DNA of 64,000 nucleotides from Tricharina praecox (Eukaryota): NCBI RefSeq assembly GCF_024521635.1, contig NW_026250415.1, positions 124,001 to 188,000 of the forward strand, read 5' to 3'. Shown piece by piece: positions 52,380 to 64,000 of this stretch (position 1 is its first letter; each line of letters starts with the position of its first letter). The notes under the pieces were generated by a model. It saw only the letters and a program-made list of their open reading frames with translations, ran no database searches and was not told where the DNA came from. The position numbers and the translations under genes were made by a program.

Positions 52380-54074
52380 GTATTTCTTTTGTCTCGATTC
52401 CAAGTGACTGGGGGATTTCGCTTCCGCTTTTGCTTTTGCCTCGTGGAGGGGGAGGAGACGATGATCAGCAGTGTAGTGGGCGGGAACCTGGGCAATCCGT
52501 CTGTTGTCGGGCCCAGCTAGTCGATGAGATGGATATACAAGGACGAGGAGGCGGAAGTCGAGAGAAAAGCTTAACAAGTTACAACTTGATGGATTTTCTG
52601 GATGGATTCTCACAACTCACGATAGGGCGGCCGGGTCAGCTCTACTCACTCACTCACGTCAGTACTAGATATATAGTATGTTCGACCATTCGACCGCCCG
52701 AGCCGCGAGGGGGAATCACTGCTGTACTGGCCTAGTTGGGCAAGATTCCAAGCACGATTGTCGCTCCCCGCTCCCCCGCTCCCCCGCTCCAACAATGCTA
52801 GTACCCGAAGAATGAAGCCGCCTAGAGGCTCGAGGCTGGAGGCTGGAGGCTCCTGGGAACGACCAGATTCTGTAGCATGGTGATAATTGATTTCCGCCGT
52901 CGGTCAGCCTGGCGTGAACGTTGGAGGGTTTTGAAGGAGATGCGAGTGTGGGATTCCGGCGGCGTATATTCTAGAAAATCGGCTGTTCTAGGAAGTTGGC
53001 TGAGAACAGAAGAGTGCTCCGTCCTCGTGGAGTCATGGATGCCAGAGGTGTCGAGACTTGGGAATATGAATGGATGTGATCATGGGAATGGCGATGCGTG
53101 ATCAGCTTGACAGCCGCCAGCTTCCAACTTCCGCCTCGGACTACCGTATGTCACCATGGCCTGCCATATCACGTATCACATGCCACATGTGGCCCGTGTC
53201 TGCTCGAATCTGTGAATCTGCGACTGCTGATGCCGTGATACCCTGGTATCGTGATACCGTGGTGCCTGCCATCGTACCGTGACACCTTCATACGGTTTCG
53301 AGGCGAGAAGCTGTCCGATGTGCTGGTCCCTGCAACGGTGGAACCTACTCTAGTGTGCACATACCTGGCCTGCCCGCCTGTCCGCTCGACTGCCCGCCAA
53401 CTCGCCAACTCACTAACTCGCCCGCACCCCGCTCGCAGTCGGTAGTCCTCGATTCCCAACTTCCTAAATTGCCAATGTTTGTTAGCACCATTCCAAGTTC
53501 TGACAGGTACCTAGGTAACGGTGTACTAGATACCGGTGTTACCTACAGTGGGATTTCCTGAGTCCTGAGTCTTGAGTCCTACCGAGCAGTGCGGAGTCCT
53601 CAGTTGGGTCACTGGGTGGGTGGGTTCGGGTGGGTCCGCCGGTGATCGGTCATGGAGACTGGAGTGCAGCGCAGTGCAGTGGAATACTCCGCAGCTCCGC
53701 CTGAGCGGATTCGAAGTAGGCGCCAGCCAGGGACTGTACATGTCATGTCGTGTCAAATAATAAAGTCCCGCCGACCGGGGATGAGTATGATCGATCTAAT
53801 TCATTGTATCATACATGCTGCAAAGCATGTGTTCTCATGACAGCAGAAATCCTTCCTATGACGACCGGAAATGAAATTCTGCTGCCCAAAAGCCACCCTC
53901 ATCGAAAACTGATCCCAAATGCAAACCCAAATCAACCAAAAAGACAAGGAAAAAAATGGAAATTTAAAAACCAAAACGCCACATAAACCCCCAATCGAAG
54001 CCGTATACCCTACAACAAGCCCAGCAGTTGTACCCCCCCCATCCCCCACTCCCCATCCCCCACTCCCCAGTTCG

Positions 54075-56103
54075 CTACCACCCATACCCCTCCTCCCAAT
54101 ACGCAATCTCTCCGGTGCCCTTCATACCGCCCGCATCCTCCAGGGCGAGTACACTCCCCTTGCGCGCACAATCCACCACCGCCGCGCCACCACAAGCAAC
54201 GACGCACATGGGCGTCCCAGGGACCCTCTCCCTCGCCTCTCTAACAATGGTATCCTCAATCCTCGGCCTCCTATACCTCACCTTCACGCCGACGGGCAGC
54301 CTCCACGAGTCCCCCTCCTTCGCGCGCGTGATAAAGACCTTAACGACGACATCCTGCCTAAACCCCAGGCCGCGGATGTGGGCGAGCAGCTTCTCGGCGA
54401 GCGAACCATCGCGCACGCTCCAGATGAGGACGAAGCGGCGGCTCGTCTCGACGCCGGTGGAGAGGTGCTGCTGCAGGTACGGCAGGGCGGTGGAGATGCC
54501 GACGCCGCCTGCGATGAGGATCACCGTCGGGAAGGCCTGCACTGGTCTCGCGATGCCGTAGGGGCCCTCTAGGAGGCAGGGGAGCTCGATAGAGTGATTT
54601 GGCGCGGCGGTGACGCGGCGCAGCAGCTCGAGCGTGACGCCGTGGCGCGCGTGGATCAGGAAGGTGAGTTTTGCGCGCTGGGGCCCGCGGCGCGCGGAGG
54701 ACGTGGTGACGACGAAGGCGGCGTCTTTGCGTGGCGCGCGGGGCTTGGACGGCCGCTTCTTCTCCCGGTCCGTGTCCGTGTCCGTGTCGTGCGTGTTGTG
54801 CAGCTGCAGGCTCGTGATCTTCTCGTCGGCTGCGAGCTCGCGGATCCGCTTGTTGTTCGGTGGCGCCTCGCGCTTCGCTGAGATCTTCTCGAGGAGCACG
54901 AGGACTTTCTCGGGCGCCTGGGTCAGGCTGGGCCCCGCCGGGCGCCATGCCGCTGCCGTGAAAGGGTGGCTCTCCCAGAAACACCAGCGGTCCGGGAAGT
55001 ACAGGAAGTAGTGCGCGCCTGGTGCGAAGCCCACGTCTTCCATCTTGGGATGCACGGTGAGGCGGATCGTGGTGGTCCCCGGGATCAACTTCACCTTTGC
55101 CACGTTGCGGCCGCGGAAATTGAAGATTATCAGGCGCACCACGCGCAGGATCCGATCCAGCGCCCAGATTCCGACGCAGACCCAGACGTAGATCGAATAC
55201 GGATGCGTAAAATCTTTGACGTGCCTGTGGGGACGGTTAAGAGGGAACAAATGAGGGGGGACGGGGGAAGCTCACCCGTAGAGAAACGCCAGGAAAAGAA
55301 TTGCGCCGATTATGTGCACCACCAGGAAAAACTCGTACCACCTCTTCCGCATGGCCATCATGCTGAAGCACAGCATGGCGCACACCGTTGACGTCGCCTG
55401 TGCTTGTCGTCAGTACCGGAGTTACACCGTTACAGCCCGAAAAGACCCTCAGAGCACTTACAGCAATTCCATTGAACCAAGCCTCTCTCTTCCCACCTTT
55501 CGACATATCCCAATCTGCAAATGAAGCCACCAATCAGCTCTGTCCCGTCGTCGTCGCCGTCACATTTCCCCATCACTCACGATTCTGCGCCGCAAAATAG
55601 CCATAACCCGCCGAATGTATGATAGCCTCCAGCGTCGATATCCTGCCGATCCACTTATGAAAGACCTGAAAGTCCCTCTGGGGCCAACCCGTAACCCAAA
55701 TGAGGATATTATTCCTCCCCGCAAACAAAAAGTAAATCGGCATATTAACGATCGCGAGGTGTCCGGCGCGATCACTGACCGCCTTAACCGTGCGGCCGGT
55801 GCCGACATAGTCCGTAGCGAGGAACAGCACGTTGAGCAGGAGGTAGCCAAAGACCATCAGCGTCTGCCCGCGCGTCGGCCACTGGTAGTACCCCATCGGC
55901 CGGATGTGGTGGTCGCCGAACAGCGCCGGCAGCAGGAACCGCCGCCGGAACCATGTTTTTAACCGTGTCGGCCGGTCCCGCACCTGCGCCGTCTGCGACT
56001 CGCCATCGTAGTTGTGTGCGCGCACCGTTGTCACGAGGCTCGTCACAAGCCCGATGAAGATTATTATCCCGCACGCGATGTAGAGCGCATTCCTGAAGCG
56101 CAC
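54075..56103 (-). CDS. Ferric/cupric reductase (FRE family), multi-exon; further 5' exons probably extend to ~56.4-56.9 kb (start not resolved)
   Basis: FAGRNN, FHKWIGR and heme His residues; FAD-binding WESHPFT; EGPYG; NADPH-binding IAGGVGIS; VACG; C-terminal EEGYGW. Confidence 0.85.
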
Positions 56104-59100
56104 GGATCGGTTAGGTTACGCCGAGGGGAGGAGGGTTGCGGGACGACCGAGGGAACGTACCCGAGCGCCTGTGGTTTGGAAGTTGGGTTAGCTGCTGATC
56201 AATTCTGGGGTTGCGCACGGCCCGAGGGGCAGACGGGAAACGGAGCTTACCTGGTTTCGTGTCAGGTTCAGGGCTTCATTGAGGGCGTCAGCCTGGCGGG
56301 GGTTGTGATTAGCATATATGTGACGGAAGGGGAGATTGTCCGTGTGGGCGCACGAGGAAACACTACATACCATATCTAACACTGCTCTCGGGTCTCGATT
56401 CCGGAAGCTTCGAAGCTTCGCTGGGGGGTATCAATTGGGTACAGTATGTACGTAGGACAGTCGAGGTAGTTTCTATGCGATTGCGTCTGCGTCTGCGATT
56501 GCGCCTGCGGTGTCGCCGTGGATATAAGACGATATGGTGGCTGTTGGTGTGGAGTCACAGTGGAACGTCGTCTCCGTTTCGGACCTCCGCTATAACATAT
56601 CCTCGAACGACGACGACGACAACGACGACGTGGTTGCCTCTGGGTACGTAGACTGTGGGTATCGTATCGTATCGTAAACGGCGACGCAGGGACGAGACAG
56701 GCGGACGGGGGGTGGATGGGGCGGGTACGAATCGCAAGGCTCACTGAGTAGTCGAGTGGTTGTCAATGTCCGCCCCTTCGCAGGCCATCGTGGACGAGTG
56801 CGAAACGGAGCTGTTTTCATTCACCGCACCGCGACGTCGACTCCGGGCGTCCATACAACCATTCAATTGGGATGCACACACCTCAGCGAAAAAGAAGACG
56901 AGGAAGAAGACTTGTCCAGACGCCAGCGTGAGAAATAACTACTCTATACCGGAATTGAGGCAAGTACATGCCGTCCCCTCCTCCACCGTCCAGCAGCCCA
57001 ACCTACGTGTACCGACTTGCTTGCATGGAGAGTAGTCGGTATGTACTCTAGGTAGGGGAATAATGCAGGGCGCTCAGCAGGCTAGTTGGAGATGATGAGG
57101 TCGCTCGCCCTCTCTCCTCAGCCGTCAGTCGGTCAGTGGCAGCACTACTGTGCCGATGGATGGGCCGTCGAGTACATAGAGTACATAACAAGCACTCAAA
57201 TGGGACGAGTGGCGCGTGGCGAGGGGCGAGCGGCGAGGGGAGCGGGTACATAGTTCGTGCAGACGGGACGAAAGCAAAGTCTACGCTGTAGTCGAGTCGA
57301 ATAGAGTCGAATAGAGCGGTACGCCCAAATCCACGGCGTGTCCCGGAGGCCGGCCCGCAGGTAGTCGACGTCAAGGAGACTGCTGGCTCGCTCGCGTACA
57401 GGCGGCCACGGATAAAAAATAAAAAAATAGAAACAGAAACACACCCGAAAACTATCCCGGCTGGGGATCGAATGTCTCACCGGGCGACGACGGAGGGGGA
57501 AGGGCGAACGACGTCAATGGTGGTCTCCTCCAACGACGATGGTGGGGTGGTCCGAGTACCCACTCAACCCAAGCAGTGTGTGTTTTCTCCTGTTCCCATC
57601 TCTCTTTCACTCTCTACATAGGGTATCTCAGTCGGCAGTCATCTCTTCGTCTTGGCCTTGCTTGGTTGCTTGGTGTTGGAGGGGGCCCGTTTCGCGCCGT
57701 CGTTGCAGCCAGCCAGTCACCGCCAGCCACGACCGCCCTGCAGATATTCGACATGGGTCGTCTTCGGCCTCAGAAGAAAGAACGAAAGAAAGGAAAAAAA
57801 AACACACTGCATACCTATCAGGACAACGATGCAGGTACCCCACGTTTCTTCTTATTCTGCGTATGGAAGAAGAAGAGAATCGAATCCAGTCGGTGGCCGG
57901 CCGGCGGGGGGAAATGCGCCACTGTAGTGGAGAGGGTAGAGGGTGGAAACAAAGTACAAGCTGTGTGTACTGTACTATGTAGGTTCCTGTTCGACTCGGA
58001 GAGGGAGGGGGCGTCGGAGCGAATGAGAACGAGTGCCTTATCGATAGAGGCTGCGGCTAGCCTAAATTATTACCGAGTCCGGAGTGCCCCCAGGATGTTC
58101 TACGGCAGGTATATATCCGCACACCTCCTCCTCCACGAGTCCACGGAGCAGCAGTGGTCAACTGGTAGCTACTTACTTAGCCACTGAAGCAATTATGCAT
58201 CCCAAGTTCCAATCAACGGGAGCCGTAAGCATAGCAAGTAAAGCCATAACCACCGTAACCACAGTAAGCAAGTAGACACCGTGCAGTACCGACCCCGCCC
58301 AGTCAACAACCCACGAACCCTTGCCCATCTCCGTGTCACCGTGTCACATCCATTCTGTTTGCCTGCCTACCGAAACGGAAGATGGAGCTGGTGCTCAAGC
58401 TCCAGCTCATCTAATCTGACGCAGTGTTGGCATCGTCGTGAAACAGCTTGAGGGCCGACACATCACGCAGTCGGTGCGAGAGATGCTGCCGGCAGGTCTG
58501 GATGCGCGAGAGCAAACAACCCGAACTTAAGCAGGTACAACGCGTTGGTGCATTGGCGGTCACTCGCTGCTGCTGTTGCTGCTGCTGCTGGCTGCTGCTG
58601 GCTGCTGGCTGCCATCTGAACGTAGGTACGCTGCTGCCGCGAAAATAATGTACCATACGCCCGTCCGCACGCACGGTCCCTGCTGGAAAGAGGGCACTAT
58701 AAGGATTGGATCGACGACGGATGGGCACGTCGTATATGATGTGCTTTCTCGTACGGTAACTGCGGTGTTGGTATCGTGCACCGCCCCCTTTCGGTAGAGT
58801 TGCACTGTTGAGCCACGAACATCAGCCACCGCCGGACATCACCTACCAACGTCCGTGCTTGTCAGAGAGGTGGCATACGCAACCGCCCATCGACCGCGAA
58901 GACAAGAAACGGATTCATATGCACTCCGTGGGTCACTTGGGAAAACACATCGACGATTCGAGGATTCGAGAATTGACGTGCAGATTAGGTTGTCGCAAAC
59001 AAAGTAGGTGAGAGGGAAGAAGGAATGAAAGTAAAGAAAACAAATTGAGTTGGTTTCGATCCGGGTCTTCTAGAAGACTACCGTGGAACAAGTCACTCCA

Positions 59101-60170
59101 TCGCGCCCAGCAGATTGATTATTTTGATACTAACTAAGTGCTATACAGGCAAGGCCGACACGGCGATACCTGCTTCATTCGGCGATCCGGCGATGCGGCA
59201 ACTTGAAAGGCGTTGGCCATCTCTCCACTCCCTGTAAGTTGTCGCGAGGAGTGTTTGCCGGCGGCCGTAACGCATATGTAGTGTGCATATGTTGGAATCG
59301 TTTACATCGTTTACATTGGTGGTATAGACTTCACTCCTTGCTCTTTTCCTGGAAAAACTACTGATCGGTTCCAAACAGAAATATGCACACGCCCTCAAGG
59401 CACATTATTCAAGGCACATTGGAATCCCCACTGCCCGGCGCCAACAAAGCCGTAACCCGTTATTTGTGGGTGCTGGGAATGATGTCGAGAGACTGCGTGT
59501 TCTGACTGCGGGGGAGAGGCAAAGATCTGAACAACGAACGCTACGTATGATGTGTTCAGCGCACATTCGTATGTTCGCAGCCTGGCCGGTCGCTGCAGGC
59601 CAACCTATGTACCGGTATTCACGCACTCACTCTGCCGGGCGATGAATGGCCAGCAATTCTACATATGACGATCGTTTCCGAAACGGCGGTATTCCGATTA
59701 GTTAGCCCCGGGCTTACCCGAAGTTCGAACTGTGCGTGGCAGCGTGGGTGATCTCTGCCGGGATGGCTGTGAGCTGGTGAGCTGTTCGAGATGGAATGCT
59801 GTGAGCGACAAGGCTTTCGATACACACTCGCTGGATACACACACATACTCACCGGCATGCGGACTACGGTAACTCCGGGTGTGCTGGACTGGAAACCGGC
59901 GCGAGGCACCCTGCTCCCGACGGCAAGTCTGCAGACTACGGAACGGATGTGCTGGACTGTCCATCAGAGCGAGGCGCTCGGCAAGTTTGCGGATCACTCG
60001 ACGCCTACATATTCACGCGGCCAAAAACATGCCGAAAACGCCGACACGCACGCACGCAATTGGGTTAAAACTCGTTTGACTTCAATTAACAGCTATGAGC
60101 CTCGCTTCATTCAACCTTCAACCGCTCATCTTGTCTCAAACCGCGCCCAACCCAAACTCCGCGAACGCGC

Positions 60171-60817
60171 CTATAAGTTCTCCAGCACCTTATCAGCCGC
60201 GGTAACGGTGACCTGCGGCACCTCGTCCTCAACAACGACAGTCTTGACGACGCCATCCTCGACAGTAGCCACGAAGCGCTTGCTGCGGGTGTTGCCGAGG
60301 AGTCCGCTCGCGTCGAAGCCCATGCCGAGGGCCTTGATGTATTCACCTGTAGGCACCACTGTCAGCTACCGACCTCGCCATAGGGTGGGTGGGTAGAGTA
60401 CCGGTCGAGTCGGCAAGGAAGTGCACGCAATCATCGCTCTCCTTTCCGGCGAGCAACGACTTCTTCCACGCCTCGACGACAAACACGTCGTTGACCGCGA
60501 CGACGTAGATTCCCGTCACGCCCTTAGCCTTGAATGCGGAGGCGTTGGAGATGTAGCCGGGGACCTGGGAGCTGCAGGGGGCTGTTGCGCATGCGGGTTA
60601 GCACCAAGGGACGGGTATCAGCAGAAGGAGATGGGGGGGATGGGAGATGAGAGATGTGCAGTGGGAGGGAGAGCGGGTGCAACATACGGGTGAAGGCGCC
60701 GGGAACACCAACGATCACCACCTTTCCGCTCGTGGGGATGATGACGGCGTTCTCGGGGGAGGTCTCCCAGACGGAGGCTGGGGCAGCGGGGAGCTTCGAT
60801 CCGACGGTGATGGCCAT
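60171..60817 (-). CDS. Prx5-type peroxiredoxin (Ahp1/Pmp20-like); exons 60817-60688, 60581-60402, 60346-60171
   Basis: Spliced VPGAFTPPCSSQVPGY (peroxidatic Cys), AVNDVFV, FLADSTG and LGNTRSKRF. Confidence 0.9.
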
Positions 60818-61616
60818 TATTGCGTTGGTGATTATTCTTGATGATCTTTCGTCTTCGATGGAGCTGTGTGGGGGGTGGAGGAGAGATGGAATGGATTCGC
60901 GGGAGAAGAACGCTGCTTAAACCTCTCTCTCTCTCAAAAGGCGGGGCTGACTTGCCTGTCACTTCAGGGCTAGAATCAATCGTGGTTTACGTCACGGCGC
61001 CATTGATCGACGGCTAGCGACTAGCGTGCGGGGCGATTTGGAATGTTTTCGCGCAAAGATTTGGAATTCGTTTCCTCATCCGGCGGGGATTGCAGGTCGC
61101 ACGGGATTTTCAAGGTGGTTTGATGGCGGCGCGGGGCGGGGTCGTACAAGCGGGGCTGGCTGGCGATACCGGCACCGGTACCGCGCCGTCTCAGTGCGAG
61201 GCGCGAGGGAGCGGCGAGGTTTTTCTGGGATACATACGGAGAGTTCGGCGAATGGAGGCTCACCGCAGGGCTAAAGCGCTTCCTCGGACTCGAGCCGTCT
61301 CTTCCGTGGAAGGGAGTCGTCCAAGTGGCAGTGATGGCAATGCGGCTATGCACCGGACATCGACAGCCCAAACAGCTGCTGGTCTTCGGCGGCCGCTTTC
61401 ACTATCTTCCTCGATGAGTCTGGATATTGAGATACAAGAATCAAGTTTTAGTGCACGCAGGTAACAATCATCGCACGTTACAGGAGTCAATTCGTCGTTT
61501 TGCACCTGCAGCCATCAGCTGCTGACAGACGATCCTGAAGTGTCAGGCAACACAGTCGTCAGGACACCAGGAGTTTCTCGAATATTGGGAACTTCCGGCC
61601 ATCTGGATTCCTAAAG

Positions 61617-62398
61617 CTATTCCCCCTTCTCCCTCTCGACCGCCTCCGCCATCTCCCCCAGCGTCTCAAACCTCCATTCAAACCCCGCGCCCTCCACCTC
61701 CCCCACCCCCATCAAACCCCCCTGCCTATCGATCCACGCACTCACCAGCCCCAACCTCTTCGCAGGCGCATGATCATGAAACAAGCTCTGGGCGGTACAG
61801 CAGACCTCCTCCCTCGCGACCGCAAACCTCTCCTGCACCTCCTCCAGCATGACCTCAAAGTTCCTCAGCGCGGGCTTATACCCGCCAATATCCTCAGCGG
61901 TGAGGACGAGATCAAACACCCCCTCACCGCCCAACCGCGGCAAGCTGTTCGCAAAGCTCTCGCGGTCGACATTCGACAGCACGACGAGCTTGAAGCTGGC
62001 CTTCAGCCGCTGCAGCGCATCCGCCGAGTCAGCGAATGCGGGCCAGTCGCCGATTGAGGCGCCGAACGCCTCTGCCTCCGAGCTGGGTGCGGGCAGTGAG
62101 TAGTGCGCGGCTAGCTGGGCGTACACCGCGCTGAGTAGCTGCGAATAGCGCAGCCCCGGCGTCGCGGTCTGCTGCAAGGTTTCGAGGCGCGCGTAGGTGG
62201 ATAGGAAGGAGGCGCGAGTGGGTGGAGGGGATAGTTGTGAGAGCAGCGGGAGGGCCGCGGTGTAGATGCCGGTTTCCCAGTCGATCTGGACGGTTAGGTT
62301 AGCGGGGACAAGGCACGTAAGCCGTCGGGGTAGGGACGTACGAGAGTGCCGTAGACATCGAAGCAGAGGAGCTTTTGGGACAGGAGGGAGGGCGCCAT
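61617..62398 (-). CDS. HAD-superfamily hydrolase, haloacid dehalogenase type II-like; exons 62398-62342, 62285-61617
   Basis: Spliced FDVYGTLIDWETGI, WPAFADS, LSNVD, YKP, AQSLFHDHAPA and WIDR. Confidence 0.9.
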
Positions 62399-63213
62399 TG
62401 TTGTGTGTTGAGATTTCGGACGAAGAGATGTTGAGTGAGCCTCGAAGCCTGCCAATTGAAGATGCGATGCGATTCTAGGTGGTGATTCCTGGAATCTAAA
62501 TACTTGATTACCTGGGCTACGCCGATTTTGTACCGTCTTAAGAAAAGTGTCATTCCGACTCATCTTGACGAGCTCAATATGTACTAATTTGTGTAGCGGC
62601 CAGGCCGATTCTGGGACCTGCGTCATCGGCTGGGGAGTGCCCTGGCTTCGGAGCCGTTCGCCTGTACGTAGAGTAGGTAGGTGCCGGACTCCGAGCATGG
62701 GCTTTGTAAAACTACCATGGCTGCCGACTCGGCCCGTAGATAACGGCCGTTCTTCTTCAAGGTTTATCAATTTTCATTTCATCGCAGCATGACGCCGAAT
62801 GATGAATCCCGATGGCCCATTTGCGGCTCCGCATTGGAATGACCGGCCCACTCGGTTGTGTAACGGCCTGCCCATGTAGTTATCACTCGTTTTTCTCCAT
62901 GCAGTCCCACCTGCCTTATGTGATATGTAGCCGCCCTTGCAGGCCTGCGAGTGCAGATCACGTTTCCAGAAATAATACACGAAAATCCAATCAGGAATCA
63001 AGATTCCAGAGCGGCCTCCCGTCGACATCACTGCGCAGTGCGAGCTGGTTCCTGAGACGGTGGCGGGAGCAGGTTCCTGCATTTCCTGTCCCACAGTCCA
63101 CCTTGCACTTGAGCCCTTCGTTGCGTCCTCTTTCCGAAATATACCGTCCTCTGCTTTACGATGGACAGCCTTCCCATCCGACTCCGACTCCGCCGACGAT
63201 AGACTACTCTGCA

Positions 63214-64000
63214 ATGCGCACCCTCCTCCTCCTCCCGCCGCTATGTCTCCTCCCCTCACTCACGGCCGCATCCGACAAACGCGGCCTCGTCCAAGTCGAC
63301 ACCAAGAATCCCAACGACGAGGCGGTATTCCTATCGGACCCGACAACGATAAGCTGGTACTACAACTACCGCTCCGCGCCGTCCGCATCACTCTCCAACC
63401 TCGAGTTCGTGCCCATGCTCTGGGGCGAGCCAGCCGCGAACTACGATTTCGCCACGGAAGTCCGCGGGCTGCTGCGCGATGACAAGAACAACATAAAGTA
63501 CGTGCTCGGCTTCAACGAGCCCGATATGGGCCGCGATGTTGGCGGGAGCAACATGTCCCCCGCGCGGGCGGTGGAGATCTGGAAGGAAATGATTGAGCCG
63601 TTGAAGGATCAGGGCTTGAAGCTGGGCGCGCCGGGGGTCGCGAGTACCCAGGACGGGAAGAGGTGGATCAAGGCGTTTATGGAGGCGTGTGACGGCTGCA
63701 CTGGTTCGTTGTGTTCCGCCTGACGGTTCGTGAATGAGTGAGTGAGTGAGTGGCTGCTGACCGGCATGTGTGCCGACACATAGTCGACTTCGTGCCTGTT
63801 CATTGGTACGGCAACTTCGAGGGCCTGGCGAGCCATATCGGCGAGGTGCGCGCCATGTTCCCCGATAAGGACTTGTGGGTTACCGAGTTTGGGTATGCGC
63901 ACCAGTCGCTGTAAGTTGCTTTCCACGCTCCCTCCCTCGCTTCCACACGGTCGTCCCTCGAGACTTACCACAGTACAGGAGCGACACCTACTCCTTCTTC
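63214..64000 (+). CDS. GH128 (Asl1-like) beta-1,3-glucanase, 3'-truncated; exons 63214-63703, 63784-63910, 63979->64000
   Basis: Signal peptide then KRGL, SWYYNY, EFVPMLWG, LGFNEPD (acid/base), VHWYG and WVTEFG (nucleophile). Confidence 0.9.

Noticed and set aside
54075-64000. Ferric reductase, peroxiredoxin, HAD and GH128 as a functional cluster
   Set aside because: Unrelated common families with long spacers and no shared regulatory motif seen.

Overview
Eukaryotic, intron-containing DNA from a filamentous ascomycete fungus (short GT-AG introns with CTRAY-type branch sites). Conserved genes: Kin4-like Ser/Thr kinase, Egt2-like PLP C-S lyase, a GPI-anchored protein, Spf1 P5A-ATPase, Cdc3 septin, Pom33/TMEM33, ferric reductase, Prx5-type peroxiredoxin, HAD hydrolase and a GH128 glucanase (cut by the window end). 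Three accessory islands lie between them. (i) 6.4-12.9 kb: degenerate direct repeats around a gag-like zinc-knuckle relic. (ii) 19.8-23.2 kb: a Helitron relic followed by a 12-exon MACPF/CDC-like gene that the ORF track does not show, with a triple C-terminal repeat and GC-AG and GA-AG introns. (iii) 37.6-52.4 kb: three TIR elements, a ~1900-aa membrane-anchored ankyrin protein whose loops carry eight HET-s-like beta-solenoid inserts, a zinc-finger-only PacC-like gene, and an intron-containing GCC-anticodon tRNA with an atypical acceptor stem. All gene models were spliced by eye, and family names come from motif recognition, not database searches.
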